Below are positions 53,264 through 63,124 of a DNA stretch of 64,000 nt, in pieces. This stretch comes from Actinomycetota bacterium (GTDB taxonomy: Bacteria > Actinomycetota > Actinomycetes > Mycobacteriales > Pseudonocardiaceae). Location: contig JAVXWP010000059.1 in assembly GCA_032230695.1 (NCBI GenBank), forward strand, positions 36,080-100,079, read 5' to 3'. The notes below the pieces were generated by a model. That model was not told the origin of the DNA and did not search any database. It saw nothing but the letters and a program-made list of their open reading frames with translations. Numbering within the stretch: position 1 is the stretch's first letter; the number at the start of each line of letters is the position of its first letter. Made by a program: the position numbers and the translations under genes.

Positions 53264-53758
53264 TCAAAGGACCTGGGAGATTTTGTAGGCGATCCCGCCG
53301 TCGATCAGGTACCCCGAACCTACGCAGACGACGTCATTCAGCCACGCATAGTGCGGTGACCCTGTTTCGAAAAGCGGGTTCGTCCGGAAGTAGTAGCGGC
53401 CAGGATCTATCTGATGTCTTTTGACGGGATCGGACATGTCGGCCCGCAGACCGGATGGAGTGGTCCAGCGGCCCCCATAAGTCATCTGTACCAACGCGTC
53501 GTCGTGGGTGCGCAGTGTCAGCCGGACATCGAGTGTCATCGTTCCGTTGAGGCGGAACAATGCCCAGTCGCCACCACCTGCCAGGATTTCGCCGCGTAGC
53601 CTCGGGCCGTCGAACGATCCGCCGTCGGCGCCGAACAGTGTGCGCCGACCGAATGGACCGTCGCCGATATTCAGTGGTGGCTTCAGGTCGACGACCATGT
53701 CGAAAAGATGCTCCGTCTTGATCTCGCCGAGGGTCCTCACCCGGGCGTCGGACGTCAT
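53264..53758 (-). CDS. DUF3237 family protein
   Basis: GGSFDGPRLRGEILAGGGDW, LDVRLTLRTHD, YYFRTNPLFET...YAWLN. Confidence 0.88.
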   Translation of the reverse strand: MTSDARVRTLGEIKTEHLFDMVVDLKPPLNIGDGPFGRRTLFGADGGSFDGPRLRGEILAGGGDWALFRLNGTMTLDVRLTLRTHDDALVQMTYGGRWTTPSGLRADMSDPVKRHQIDPGRYYFRTNPLFETGSPHYAWLNDVVCVGSGYLIDGGIAYKISQVL

Positions 53759-54255
53759 GTGTCGCCGCCTTCGTTTCTCGGATATCGGGCAGGCACGGAG
53801 TGCGCGCCCGCGACGTCGCCGAACATCTTCAGTCGGACCGCGTCCGTCGAGACGCCTGATTGAGCGCAGAGCGCCGCGAGATCGAAGAAGAACCGCTCGG
53901 CGGCGATCAGGTCGTCCTTGAAGGCGAACTGGATGAATACGGGCAGCTCGGCGCGCCTGCCGTTGGGGACCACGCCGAACCGATCACCGGTCATGGTCAT
54001 CCGAGCGGTTCCCCAGCAGATCAGGGTGTCGTCGTTCTCGGCGTGGCCCTGCAGGATCACGTGGTAGTCCGGGAAAGACCTGAAGAACCGGGTCAGCGCC
54101 TTCTTGTTCTCAGTGGGGCCCCTGGCGGTGGTCCCGAAGGCTGGGGTCTCGAGCACCATGTCTGGGTGGAAGAGCTTCATCGCGGCCGGCGTGTCCTGTC
54201 GGCTCTTGGCGTCGGCCAGCGCTTGCGCCTGCTCGAACATTCGATGGCCATTCAT
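53755..54255 (-). CDS. SnoaL-like ester cyclase / nuclear transport factor 2 family protein
   Basis: FFRSFPDY, AERFFFDLAALCAQSG; ATGA-coupled to the DUF3237 gene. Confidence 0.8.
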   Translation of the reverse strand: MNGHRMFEQAQALADAKSRQDTPAAMKLFHPDMVLETPAFGTTARGPTENKKALTRFFRSFPDYHVILQGHAENDDTLICWGTARMTMTGDRFGVVPNGRRAELPVFIQFAFKDDLIAAERFFFDLAALCAQSGVSTDAVRLKMFGDVAGAHSVPARYPRNEGGDT

Positions 54256-54340
54256 GTGCGCATTCCTCCAGCGGACGTCAGACGGGTTCCACGTACGAGA
54301 GGTTTGGCTCTCCGGTGTGGACAGGCGAGCAATCTAAACG

Positions 54341-54354
54341 TACGACCGGTCGTA
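54341..54354. promoter_or_regulatory. TetR operator candidate
   Basis: Perfect palindrome TACGACCGGTCGTA between the divergent snoaL-like and tetR genes. Confidence 0.65.
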
Positions 54355-54387
54355 TGGTTTTGCAAGGATTGTGGCACGATATAGCTG

Positions 54388-55044
54388 ATGAGTGAGCTTG
54401 CGCAGCGTCTCGGTTCGGACAGGGCCACCCGCGAAGGCGATCGAGCCGATGTGGCGGTGTCGGACCAACGCCTGCTGCGGGGGGCTCGATCCCGGCGGGC
54501 GATCGTGCGCCATGCCGTTGATGTGGCGTCGTTGGAAGGGCTCAACGGGCTCAGTCTTGGCCGGCTGGCCATCGACCTGGGGATCAGCAAGAGCGGTGTG
54601 CAAACCCTCTTCGGAACGAAGGAGAACTTGCAGGTCGCCGTGGCCGAGTCCGCGCGTGATGCGTTCAATGACGCCGTCATTCTCCCCGCGCTGGCGGCGC
54701 CTCGTGGCGCAGCGCGGCTGCGGGCCCTGGTTGAACAGTGGATCGTGTACGCGGAGACGCCACTGTTCCCCGGTGGCTGTTTCTGGGCGGCAACCCTCGC
54801 CGAATTCGACAGTCGGCCAGGGCAGGTCCGTGATGCGTTGGTCCGCCACCAACGGGACTGGCGCGGCCTCATCGCCGCGGAACTGCGAGAGGCCGGCGAG
54901 ATCGCCGACGTCGATGCAGACCTCGCGGCTTTCCAGATCGACGCGGTGCTCATCGCGGCGAACATCGCATTGCGGCTCGGCGACCAAGAAGCTGTGGACA
55001 AGGTCCGCCGTATTGTCGACGGGTTCCTCGCATCCCCACGCTGA
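54388..55044 (+). CDS. TetR/AcrR-family regulator
   Basis: SLEGLNGLSLGRLAIDLGISKSGVQTLFGTKENLQ, FPGGCF; the start may be a few codons downstream. Confidence 0.92.
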   Translation: MSELAQRLGSDRATREGDRADVAVSDQRLLRGARSRRAIVRHAVDVASLEGLNGLSLGRLAIDLGISKSGVQTLFGTKENLQVAVAESARDAFNDAVILPALAAPRGAARLRALVEQWIVYAETPLFPGGCFWAATLAEFDSRPGQVRDALVRHQRDWRGLIAAELREAGEIADVDADLAAFQIDAVLIAANIALRLGDQEAVDKVRRIVDGFLASPR

Positions 55045-55091
55045 TGCAAGAAGCCTGAGCCGCTGATTTTCAGCGGGGGCTCTGCGAGCGG

Positions 55092-55436
55092 CTACCAGGG
55101 AAGCGGCACCTCGGCTACCAGTTCCTCCGGAGCGGAAAGCCGCCAGGCTTCGTAGACCAACTCGGACAGCTCGTCGACCTCGACTCCGTCCAGGTGGACG
55201 ACCACCCAGCCGAATCCACCGGAGGTGAACTGCTCCTCGAAGACATCCGGCCGCTCGGAAACCAGCGCCTTCTGTTCGGTCAACGTCTGCTTCAGGCCGA
55301 CGGTCTCGGTCCGCGGCCAGTAGTAGCCGAACCGCTTGCCGCGCACGCTGAACGACGTGTACTCGCCACCCTCGGCGCGCTGGACGTCGACGAGCGAGTC
55401 CACCAACCGCTGGAACTCACTGCTCCGCACACTCAT
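55092..55436 (-). CDS. MmcQ/YjbR family protein
   Basis: ATG 55436; FSVRGKRF, GFGWVVVHL...ELSELVYEAWRLSAP. Confidence 0.82.
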   Translation of the reverse strand: MSVRSSEFQRLVDSLVDVQRAEGGEYTSFSVRGKRFGYYWPRTETVGLKQTLTEQKALVSERPDVFEEQFTSGGFGWVVVHLDGVEVDELSELVYEAWRLSAPEELVAEVPLPW

Positions 55437-55582
55437 TCCTGCCCCCAAACTCCCAACGCCACGCAGTTTAGGCGCCGACCAACAATCCTCGCGTGGGCAG
55501 TGGGGGCTCTTTCTCGCCGGTCCCGCAGTAAGCACCTTCCTCGTCCCGCCGTAAACGAGCACCCAGAGGTGGCAGCCGGGGC

Positions 55583-55613
55583 TTGACCCTGACACGGTGT
55601 CAGACCGTAGAAG
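55583..55613 (+). promoter_or_regulatory. MerR-type promoter (19-bp spacer with dyad)
   Basis: -35 TTGACC (55583), 19-bp spacer containing CTGACAC-G-GTGTCAG, -10 TAGAAG (55608), directly upstream of the MerR gene. Confidence 0.75.
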
Positions 55614-55622
55614 GGAGGCGTC

Positions 55623-56456
55623 ATGTTCAGTATCGGAGATTTCGCCAGACACGGACGGGTTTCGGTGCGGATGCTGCGGCACTACGACGCGATCGACCTG
55701 CTGCGGCCCGCGCAGGTCGATGGTGCGTCGGGCTACCGCTCGTATGACGCGTCGCAGTTCTCCCGGCTCAACCGGATCGTGGCGCTGAAGGATCTCGGCT
55801 TCACGCTGTTCCAGGTGCGGTCGATCCTCGACGACACAGTGAGCGCGGAGGAGCTGCGCGGGATGTTGCGGCTGCGGCTGGTCGAGCTGCGGTCGCAGAT
55901 CACCGCGGATACCGCGCGGCTTGCCCAGGTCGAGGCGAGGCTCCAGGTCATCGGAAGTGAGGGCGTCATGCCTGCAGACGACGTGCAGATCAAACGTATC
56001 CCCGCGGTGCGGGTCGCGGAGCTGACCGCGATCGCCGCGGGGTTCGATCCCGGCTCGATCGGACCTGTCATCCAGCCGCTGTACGACGAACTGATGCGCG
56101 AGCTGGAGCGCGCGGGGTTGGTTCCGGCTGGGCCTGCCATCGCCTATTACGAGGATGCCCCTGGCGGGGAGGGTGCAGTGGTCGTGCACGCGTCCGTGCC
56201 GGTCAACACGGAGCCGGGGGACTGCCACGGATTCGCGATCGTGGATCTTCCCGAGGTGGCACAGGCCGCCACGATCGTGCACCGAGGACCGATGGACACC
56301 GTGCTGTCGACGATTCAGACGCTGGCCAGGTGGATGGACACGAACGGCTGTCGCTCCGCCGGGTACAACCGGGAGCTGTATCTCGACTACGGGCACGGTG
56401 ACAACCCCGAGGCCTGGGTGACCGAACTGCAGGAGCCGATCGCGGGGAAGGGGTGA
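55623..56456 (+). CDS. MerR-family regulator with GyrI-like effector domain
   Basis: MFSIGDFA...VSVRMLRHYD...GYRSY...LKDLGF; C-terminal YNRELYL...WVTELQEP. Confidence 0.93.
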   Translation: MFSIGDFARHGRVSVRMLRHYDAIDLLRPAQVDGASGYRSYDASQFSRLNRIVALKDLGFTLFQVRSILDDTVSAEELRGMLRLRLVELRSQITADTARLAQVEARLQVIGSEGVMPADDVQIKRIPAVRVAELTAIAAGFDPGSIGPVIQPLYDELMRELERAGLVPAGPAIAYYEDAPGGEGAVVVHASVPVNTEPGDCHGFAIVDLPEVAQAATIVHRGPMDTVLSTIQTLARWMDTNGCRSAGYNRELYLDYGHGDNPEAWVTELQEPIAGKG

Positions 56457-57835
56457 CGGGGATGGTGTTCCGATCAGCCGCCGACACGGCGGAAAGCCTG
56501 CGCCGCGGGGAAATCTCGTCGCGCGAGCTCACCGAACTGCTGCTGGCCCGCATCGACGCAGTCAATCCGGCGGTGAACGCGGTCGTCGAGTTACGGCGCG
56601 AATTCGCATTGCGCGCCGCGGTCGACGCGGACGCAGCCCTCGCTCGTGGCGACGACGTGGGGCCGCTGCACGGCATTCCGATGACCGTCAAGGACAGTTT
56701 CAACGTCGCCGGGCTGCACACCACTTGGGGCAATCCGGCGTTCTCGGACTACATCGCGGACTGGGACGCCACCGTCGTGCGGCGGCTCAGCGCCGCCGGC
56801 GCCATCATCGCCGGTAAGACCAATGTGCACTTCATGCTCGCGGACTTCGGGCAAACGGCCAACGACCTGTATGGCGCGACCAGCAATCCGTGGGACACGA
56901 CGCGCTCACCCGGTGGTTCCAGCGGAGGCGGGGCCGCCGCGCTGGCCGCCGGGATGACCTATCTCGAATACGGGTCGGACCTCGTCGGCTCGATCCGGAT
57001 CCCGGCGAGCTTCTGTGGGGTGTACGGCCTCAAGCCCAGCGTCGGCACCGTTCCGCTGACCGGCTTCCAGCCACCGGGGCCGCCGGCCGGCCCCAGCGAC
57101 GCAAGGTACCTGTCCGCTGTCGGCCCGCTCGCCCGATCGGCGGGAGACCTGCGGACCGCCTTGCGCGTCACCGCAGGACCTGAGGGCCCGGCCGCGAAGG
57201 CGTACTCCTGGACACTGGCGACGCCACGGCACACCCGGCTGGCGGACTTTCGCGTCGGTGTCGTGCTCGACCATGAGCGCGCACCGGTTTCCAGTGACGT
57301 GGGCGCGGCACTGTCCGACGCCGTCGACGCACTCGGCCGAGCGGGTGCGACGATCGTCAAAGGCTGGCCGGAAGGCGTCGACCCAGGTGCACAAGCCGAG
57401 TCGTTCGGCTTCCAGGTCGGCCTGTTCTTCGCTCATCAGCAACCCGGTGACGACTTCGCGAAACTCACGGAGGTCGTCGAGCAGGAAAATCTGCGCATGG
57501 CGTCCCGTGCTGCCTGGACACGGTACTTCGAGGACGTCGACGTCTTTGTCTGCCCGGCGAACTTCACCGCGGCGTTCCCCCACGACACCAGGCCGTTCGC
57601 CGAACGCACCATCACCACCCCCGAAGGCGAACGTCCCTACGACAACCAGGCCTTCTGGATCTCGCACGCGTCCCTGCCCGGCCTGCCCGCGGTGACCGCA
57701 CCGATCGGTCGGACATCCGGCGGGCTGCCCGTCGGCGCCCAGATCATCGGGCCCCTCCACGAAGACGACACCGCGATCACGTTCGCCGAGCTCGCCGCCG
57801 ACGTCATCGGCGGGTACGAACAGCCACCCGGCTGA
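56453..57835 (+). CDS. amidase signature family enzyme
   Basis: PMTVKD, GKTN, PGGSSGG, GSDLVGSIRIPA (Ser-cisSer-Lys triad); GTGA overlap. Confidence 0.93.
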   Translation: MTGMVFRSAADTAESLRRGEISSRELTELLLARIDAVNPAVNAVVELRREFALRAAVDADAALARGDDVGPLHGIPMTVKDSFNVAGLHTTWGNPAFSDYIADWDATVVRRLSAAGAIIAGKTNVHFMLADFGQTANDLYGATSNPWDTTRSPGGSSGGGAAALAAGMTYLEYGSDLVGSIRIPASFCGVYGLKPSVGTVPLTGFQPPGPPAGPSDARYLSAVGPLARSAGDLRTALRVTAGPEGPAAKAYSWTLATPRHTRLADFRVGVVLDHERAPVSSDVGAALSDAVDALGRAGATIVKGWPEGVDPGAQAESFGFQVGLFFAHQQPGDDFAKLTEVVEQENLRMASRAAWTRYFEDVDVFVCPANFTAAFPHDTRPFAERTITTPEGERPYDNQAFWISHASLPGLPAVTAPIGRTSGGLPVGAQIIGPLHEDDTAITFAELAADVIGGYEQPPG

Positions 57836-57976
57836 CACGGCAGCTCACCGAGCCGGCCCACGGTCACCGAAATGCGGCGGGGGCGAAAAGAGCGCGGGAG
57901 GATGTCCGGACGGAGCCGGCGGCCTCGACGTCTCTGATGAAAGGCACAACAACGTGCCGGCCGAGAGGAGATCCCC

Positions 57977-58393
57977 ATGAAGTACATGATCTTGACCTAC
58001 GCCTCGCAGCAGGACTACGACGGTATGGCGGGCAAGCCCACGGACAAGCCGGCCTGGGCCGCGGAGGACTTCGCGGCGATGGCTGAGTTCATGGAGGCGT
58101 TCAACGCCGAACTCGAGGAGTCCGGCGAACTGGTCGAGACGCGCGGGTTGACGGCGCCGGTCCACACCAGGCGACTGGCGTCGAAAAATGGGGCTTCGGT
58201 CGTCACGGACGGGCCCTACGCCGAGACCCAGGAGGTCCTCGCCGGGTATTGGATCGTGGAATGTGAGAGTTTCGACCGGGCGACCGAGATCGCGGGGCGG
58301 TTCGCGAAGTGCCCGGCGCCGGATTTCGTCGCGGCGAGTGCTTACGCGGACGTGCGGCCGATCGCCGAATCCCGGCACGAAATGGATGTCTGA
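57977..58393 (+). CDS. YciI/DGPF-family protein
   Basis: MKYMIL, VTDGPYAETQEVLAGYWIV; standard partner of ECF42 sigma factors. Confidence 0.9.
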   Translation: MKYMILTYASQQDYDGMAGKPTDKPAWAAEDFAAMAEFMEAFNAELEESGELVETRGLTAPVHTRRLASKNGASVVTDGPYAETQEVLAGYWIVECESFDRATEIAGRFAKCPAPDFVAASAYADVRPIAESRHEMDV

Positions 58394-59636
58394 CACCGAG
58401 GTCGAGGGCCTGCTGCGCCGGTTGGCGCCGCAGGTGCTCGGCGCGGTGGTGCGCAGGTACGGGCATTTCGACACCGCGGAGGACGCCGTGCAGGAGGCGC
58501 TGCTGGCGGCCGCGAGCCAGTGGCCGACCGACGGCGTCCCGGACAGCCCCCGGGGCTGGCTGATCACGGTCGCTTCACGCAGGTTGACCGATCTGCTGCG
58601 CAGTGAACAGGCCCGCCGACGTCGTGAAGACACCGCCTGGGCGCTTCCCGAGCCGACAGGCCGGACAGAACAGTCCGACGACACGCTCGTCCTGCTGTTC
58701 CTGTGTTGTCATCCGGCGCTGTCGCCGGCCTCGCAGATCGCGCTGACGTTGCGGGCGGTCGGTGGATTGACCACAGCGGAGATCGCGCGGGCGTTCCTGG
58801 TGCCGGAGCCGACGATGACCCGACGGATCAGCCGGGCGAAGCAGGCCATCAAGGCCAGCGGGATCCCGTTCGGCATGCCCCCTGCCGACGAGCACGCCGA
58901 GCGGCTCGGCGCAGTGCTGCACGTGATCTACCTGGTCTTCAACGAGGGCTACGCCACGACGTCAGGGCCGAGTCTGCGACGCGGTGATCTGTCGGCCGAG
59001 GCAATCCGGCTGGGGCGCATGGTTCGCGCGCTGCTTCCCGGCGACAGTGAGGTCACGGGGCTGCTCGCGCTCATGGTGCTGACCGATGCGCGCCGAGCCG
59101 CGCGTACGGGGACGAACGGCGAGTTGATTCCGATGGCCGAGCAGGATCGGAGCCGGTGGAACACCGTCGACATCGCCGAAGGGGTCGCACTCATCACCGA
59201 AGCGCTTCCCCGGGGACCTGTCGGTCCGTACCAGCTCCAGGCGGCGATTGCGGCGATCCATGACGAAGCCGCCGGCCCCGAGTCGACCGATTGGCCGCAA
59301 ATCGTTGCCCTGTATGGACTTCTGCTACGGATCGCCGACAACCCGGTGGTTTCGCTGAATCACGCCGTCGCGGTGGCCATGGCCGAGGGCGCGGCAGCCG
59401 GCCTCGAACTGCTCGGCGAGCTCGAGGCCGACGAACGGATCTCGGAAGACCATCGCCTGTACGCGGTCCGCGCACACCTACTGGAAATGGCCGGGGACCG
59501 CGCGGCCGCTCACAAGGCCTACCTGGCGGCGGCCGACCGGACCAGCAGCGTGGCGAAGCAGCGCTACCTGCACGCCCGGGCCGCCCGGCTCAGCGCTCTT
59601 CCGGCAGTGCCACCCACAGCACCAGGTACAAAATGA
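58386..59636 (+). CDS. ECF42-type sigma factor with C-terminal DUF6596/TPR extension
   Basis: AEDAVQEAL, LLFLCCHPAL, LTLRAVGGL, YLVFNEGY, GPYQLQAAIAAIH, DWPQIVALY. Confidence 0.92.
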   Translation: MSDTEVEGLLRRLAPQVLGAVVRRYGHFDTAEDAVQEALLAAASQWPTDGVPDSPRGWLITVASRRLTDLLRSEQARRRREDTAWALPEPTGRTEQSDDTLVLLFLCCHPALSPASQIALTLRAVGGLTTAEIARAFLVPEPTMTRRISRAKQAIKASGIPFGMPPADEHAERLGAVLHVIYLVFNEGYATTSGPSLRRGDLSAEAIRLGRMVRALLPGDSEVTGLLALMVLTDARRAARTGTNGELIPMAEQDRSRWNTVDIAEGVALITEALPRGPVGPYQLQAAIAAIHDEAAGPESTDWPQIVALYGLLLRIADNPVVSLNHAVAVAMAEGAAAGLELLGELEADERISEDHRLYAVRAHLLEMAGDRAAAHKAYLAAADRTSSVAKQRYLHARAARLSALPAVPPTAPGTK

Positions 59637-59778
59637 ACTGCGGCCCCGGCAGGATGCAGGAAAGCACCGCCAGCAGGCGGACCGTGTTCGGCTTCATTCC
59701 GAAGCGGTGGGCGATTCCGGCGCACACACCGCCGATCATGCGGCCGTGACGCGGGCGAGCGAGCGTTGCGGTCTTCAT
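59590..59778 (-). CDS. PspC domain protein
   Basis: LARPRHGRMIGGVCAGIAHRFG...YLVLWVALP; its 3' end overlaps the convergent ECF42 gene. Confidence 0.88.
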   Translation of the reverse strand: MKTATLARPRHGRMIGGVCAGIAHRFGMKPNTVRLLAVLSCILPGPQFILYLVLWVALPEER

Positions 59779-59871
59779 GGGATTGCCTCCTGGGGTCGTC
59801 TCGGTAAGAACAAGCTTGCCGCGCCCCCCGCCGAACCGCATCGGGCTCAGTACTGATCTTTCCCCTAGGGG

Positions 59872-61236
59872 TCAGGCGATCCAGACGGTCTTCGCGTTGA
59901 CGAACGAACGCGGTCCGAACGCCGCGAGTTCACGGCCGTAGCCGGAGTTCTTGACACCGCCGAACGGCACTTCGGGGGTCGACTCGGTGAACTTGTTGAT
60001 GTACATCATCCCTGTCTCGACTTCGTTGACGAACCGCTGCTGTTCGGCCGGGTCGGTGGTCCAGGCGCTGCCGCCGAGGCCGAACGGGGAGTCGTTGGCG
60101 ATGCGGATCGCGCTGTCGGCGTCGGCGACCCGCCACAGAAGGGCGACCGGGCCGAAGAACTCCTCGCGGTGACCCGGCGAGCCGTCCGGGATGTCGGCGA
60201 GAACAGTCGGCGGGTAGTAGTTGCCAGGGCCGTCGAGTGGCTTTCCGCCGGTCAAGAGCGTGGCACCGGCGGCGACGGTGTCGTTGACCTGCTGGTCGAG
60301 GGTCTCGACGGCGTCCTGCGAGGACAGCGGGCCGAGGTCCGTCCCGGAGTCCATCGGGTCGCCCACCGTCAACCCGGCCATCCGCTCGACGAACCGCCGG
60401 GTGAATTCGTCGGCGACGTTTTCGTGCACGACGAAGCGTTTGGCGTTGACGCAGGATTGCCCGTTGTTGAGGGTCCGAGACGTCACGGCGCCATCGACGG
60501 CCGCGTCGAGGTCGGCACTGGGCATCACGATGAACACGTCGCTGCCGCCGAGTTCCAGCACGCTCGTCTTGATGTTGCGCCCGGCGGCCTCGCCGATCTT
60601 GCGGCCGGCCGGTTCACTGCCGGTCAGCGTCACCGCGCGCACTCGCTCATCACCGACGAGGGCTTCGACAGCCGAGGACGGGATCAGCAGGGTCTGGAAC
60701 ACGCCGTCGGCGAATCCCGCGCGGCGGAAGACATCCTCGATGGCGAGCGCGACCTGCGGAACATTGGAGGCGTGCTTGAGCAGGCCGACATTGCCCGCCA
60801 TCAACGCCGGCGCCGCGAACCGGAAGACCTGCCAGTAGGGGAAGTTCCACGGCATCACGGCGAGCACCGGGCCGAGCGGCTCGTAGCGGGTGTAGGCCTT
60901 CCCGTTCTTCACCGGCCACGGCTCGTCGGCGAGCATTTCTTCCGCGTGGTCGGCGTACCACCGGCAGCCGGTTGCGGATTTGTGCACTTCAGCCACCGCG
61001 GAGGCGAGCGTCTTGCCCATTTCGAGCGTGGCGATCCGGGCGAGCTCGTCGGCTTCGCCGTCGAGGATCTCCGCCGCCCGGCTCAGCAGCCGGGCACGCT
61101 CGCCGTAAGAAGTCCGGCGGTATTCACGAAAGGCTTCGGCCGCTTTCGACAATTTGCCAGCCACCTCGGCGTCGGTGAGCGCTTCGAATGAACGCACCCG
61201 CTCGCCGGTAGCCGGATCGATCGTCGCGATAGCCAT
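59872..61236 (-). CDS. gabD: NADP-dependent succinate-semialdehyde dehydrogenase
   Basis: MPWNFPYWQ, LKHASNVPQ, LTGSE, LELGGSD, NGQSCVNAKR, EEFFGPV, PFGGVKNSGYGREL. Confidence 0.93.
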   Translation of the reverse strand: MAIATIDPATGERVRSFEALTDAEVAGKLSKAAEAFREYRRTSYGERARLLSRAAEILDGEADELARIATLEMGKTLASAVAEVHKSATGCRWYADHAEEMLADEPWPVKNGKAYTRYEPLGPVLAVMPWNFPYWQVFRFAAPALMAGNVGLLKHASNVPQVALAIEDVFRRAGFADGVFQTLLIPSSAVEALVGDERVRAVTLTGSEPAGRKIGEAAGRNIKTSVLELGGSDVFIVMPSADLDAAVDGAVTSRTLNNGQSCVNAKRFVVHENVADEFTRRFVERMAGLTVGDPMDSGTDLGPLSSQDAVETLDQQVNDTVAAGATLLTGGKPLDGPGNYYPPTVLADIPDGSPGHREEFFGPVALLWRVADADSAIRIANDSPFGLGGSAWTTDPAEQQRFVNEVETGMMYINKFTESTPEVPFGGVKNSGYGRELAAFGPRSFVNAKTVWIA

Positions 61237-61378
61237 GCGCTGCTCCGTTCCCGATGTTCGGACTCCTCAGCACAAGCGTTCCCTGCCCCCGGATGGCTCA
61301 AACCGGGCGGTTGAGTCCACTGGCGTACGGGTACTTCACCGGAGAATGCTGAGCAACGATGGGGAGGCCTGACCACGT

Positions 61379-61819
61379 ATGCACCTCGAACGAGGTGACA
61401 ATCCCTCTCCCAGACCACGGACACCTGATTTGCGCTATCGGGATGTCCCGGCCGACGCGCACTACCTGAGCGCTCTGCGGCACGCACTGACCCGATGGGC
61501 GAGACGCGCAGGAATGCTTCCCGAGCAGGTCGAAGCCCTGACGCTGGCCAGCTACGAAGCACTGGCCAACGTCGTCACCCACGCCTATCCCGACGGCGGC
61601 GGCGCGTTCGACCTGCACGCCAGGGCCGCGACCGGGCGGATCGAAGTCACCGTGACCGACCACGGCCGGTGGCGCCAGCCTTCGCCCGACCCTCTGTCCC
61701 TGCATGGCCGCGGCCTGCCGTTGATCCGCACATTGACCGATGACGCCGAGATCAAGCGCGGCCCGGAGGGCACGGTTGTGCAGCTGGGATGGCTGCTCTC
61801 CCAAGCCAGTCTGACCTGA
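61379..61819 (+). CDS. RsbW-like anti-sigma / HATPase_c_2 ATP-binding protein
   Basis: LASYEALANVVTHAY, VTDHGRW, HGRGLPLI, GTVV. Confidence 0.87.
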   Translation: MHLERGDNPSPRPRTPDLRYRDVPADAHYLSALRHALTRWARRAGMLPEQVEALTLASYEALANVVTHAYPDGGGAFDLHARAATGRIEVTVTDHGRWRQPSPDPLSLHGRGLPLIRTLTDDAEIKRGPEGTVVQLGWLLSQASLT

Positions 61820-61853
61820 GGACCGCTGCCGGCATCACCTAGACCACGGCCTA

Positions 61854-63038
61854 GTGTCGTGCGCCGAACGGCGCGGACATGGCGGTGAGCAGACTGTGCT
61901 GGGGGTCGTCCTCGGACAGTTCCCACATGAACGAGCCGAGCAGCCCGCTCTGTTTGGCGTAGGTCGACCGGATGCCGATCGACGCCGGGTTCTCGAAGCT
62001 CGCGAACTTGCGCTCGGCGGCGTTGTACAACCACGGCGATTGGGCGACGGGGTTCCAGTACTGCTTCCAGGCGGGATCGGCCAGCAGGGTCTTCACGTTC
62101 TGCCACGCGCCGACGTCGAAAGTGGCGTCGTACGGTTGGTAGAGGCCGTGGTCCGGACCCTCCTGCTCGACCTGGAAACCGCGGCCGTAGAACGGGACAC
62201 CGAGCACGAGCCGGTTGGCCGGGACACCGTGCTGCCGGTAGTACTCGACCGCGGAGGTGACGTTGTTCCAGCGTCGCATCGGCTGGCCGAGCGGGTCCTG
62301 GCCGACCTCACGCATCGGCGCGTTGAACGTCGACACCGCGGAAAACCCCGTGCCCATGTCGTAGGTCATCAAGTTGATGAAGTCGAGGATCTTGCCGAGC
62401 GCGCCGAGGTCGAAGCTCGCGGCCGGGTCGTACGGCCCGTCGGTCTGCAGGCGCCCGGCCGGTAGCGCGGCCGTGAGCAGGAACCGCGAATCGCGGTTGT
62501 CGAGCTGGCGGCGGAACTCCTGCGAAAGCAAGGTCATGTTCCGCTTGTCCTCGGGCCGGTCGGTGATCTCCGTCGGCCCCCCGGAGACAGGGAACTCCCA
62601 GTCGAGATCCACGCCGTCGAAGCTGCCGCGGTATTTCGTGAAGAACGTGTCGAGGCAGGAGCCGACGAACTGCTGGCGCGACGCCGGCGTCAGCGCCGCG
62701 TCGGAGAAGCCGCCCGCTCCCCAGCCGCCGATGGAGATCAGCGTGCGCAGCTTGGGGTGGGCGCGCTTGAGTTCGGCGAGCGCGGCGAAGTCGGCGGCCG
62801 CGCTGGGCTGGACCACGCAGGTGCCGTGGTCGATGGTGGCGAACGCGTAGAACAGGTGCGTGATGGTGTCCGCGGGGACCTGGGAGATCGGGTAGGTCGA
62901 GCTGTTCCAGCCCGCGTAGTACGCCCCGATCACCGGCCGCGGCGACGACGTCGCGGCGGCTTCACCGGTGCCGGCGACCGTGCCCGCCAACGCGAGGCAG
63001 GCGAGCCCTAGTACTCGGAGACGGCGGAACCTCGACAT
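61854..63038 (-). CDS. secreted GH18 chitinase
   Basis: Signal peptide; SIGGW, FDGVDLDWEFP (DxDxE intact), MTYD, VPFYGRG, FMWELSED. Confidence 0.93.
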
Positions 63039-63124
63039 GAATCTCCTCCACAAGGGCAGCCTTGGCAGTTTTTTTCAGGCTTGATCAAAGTACTGACGCC
63101 GGGCCGCTCAGGCAAGCGTCTCTC

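Noticed and set aside
55437-56396. Long minus-strand ORF extension upstream of the MmcQ/YjbR gene
   Set aside because: Antisense to the MerR gene; only the last 114 codons have family features.
59590-59636. 47-nt convergent overlap of ECF42 and pspC as an antisense system
   Set aside because: A short 3' overlap from a slightly extended tail; common and not informative.
61830-63124. DasR (dre) site for the chitinase
   Set aside because: No good match upstream of the gene; the only half-site (TGGTCTAG near 61840) is downstream.
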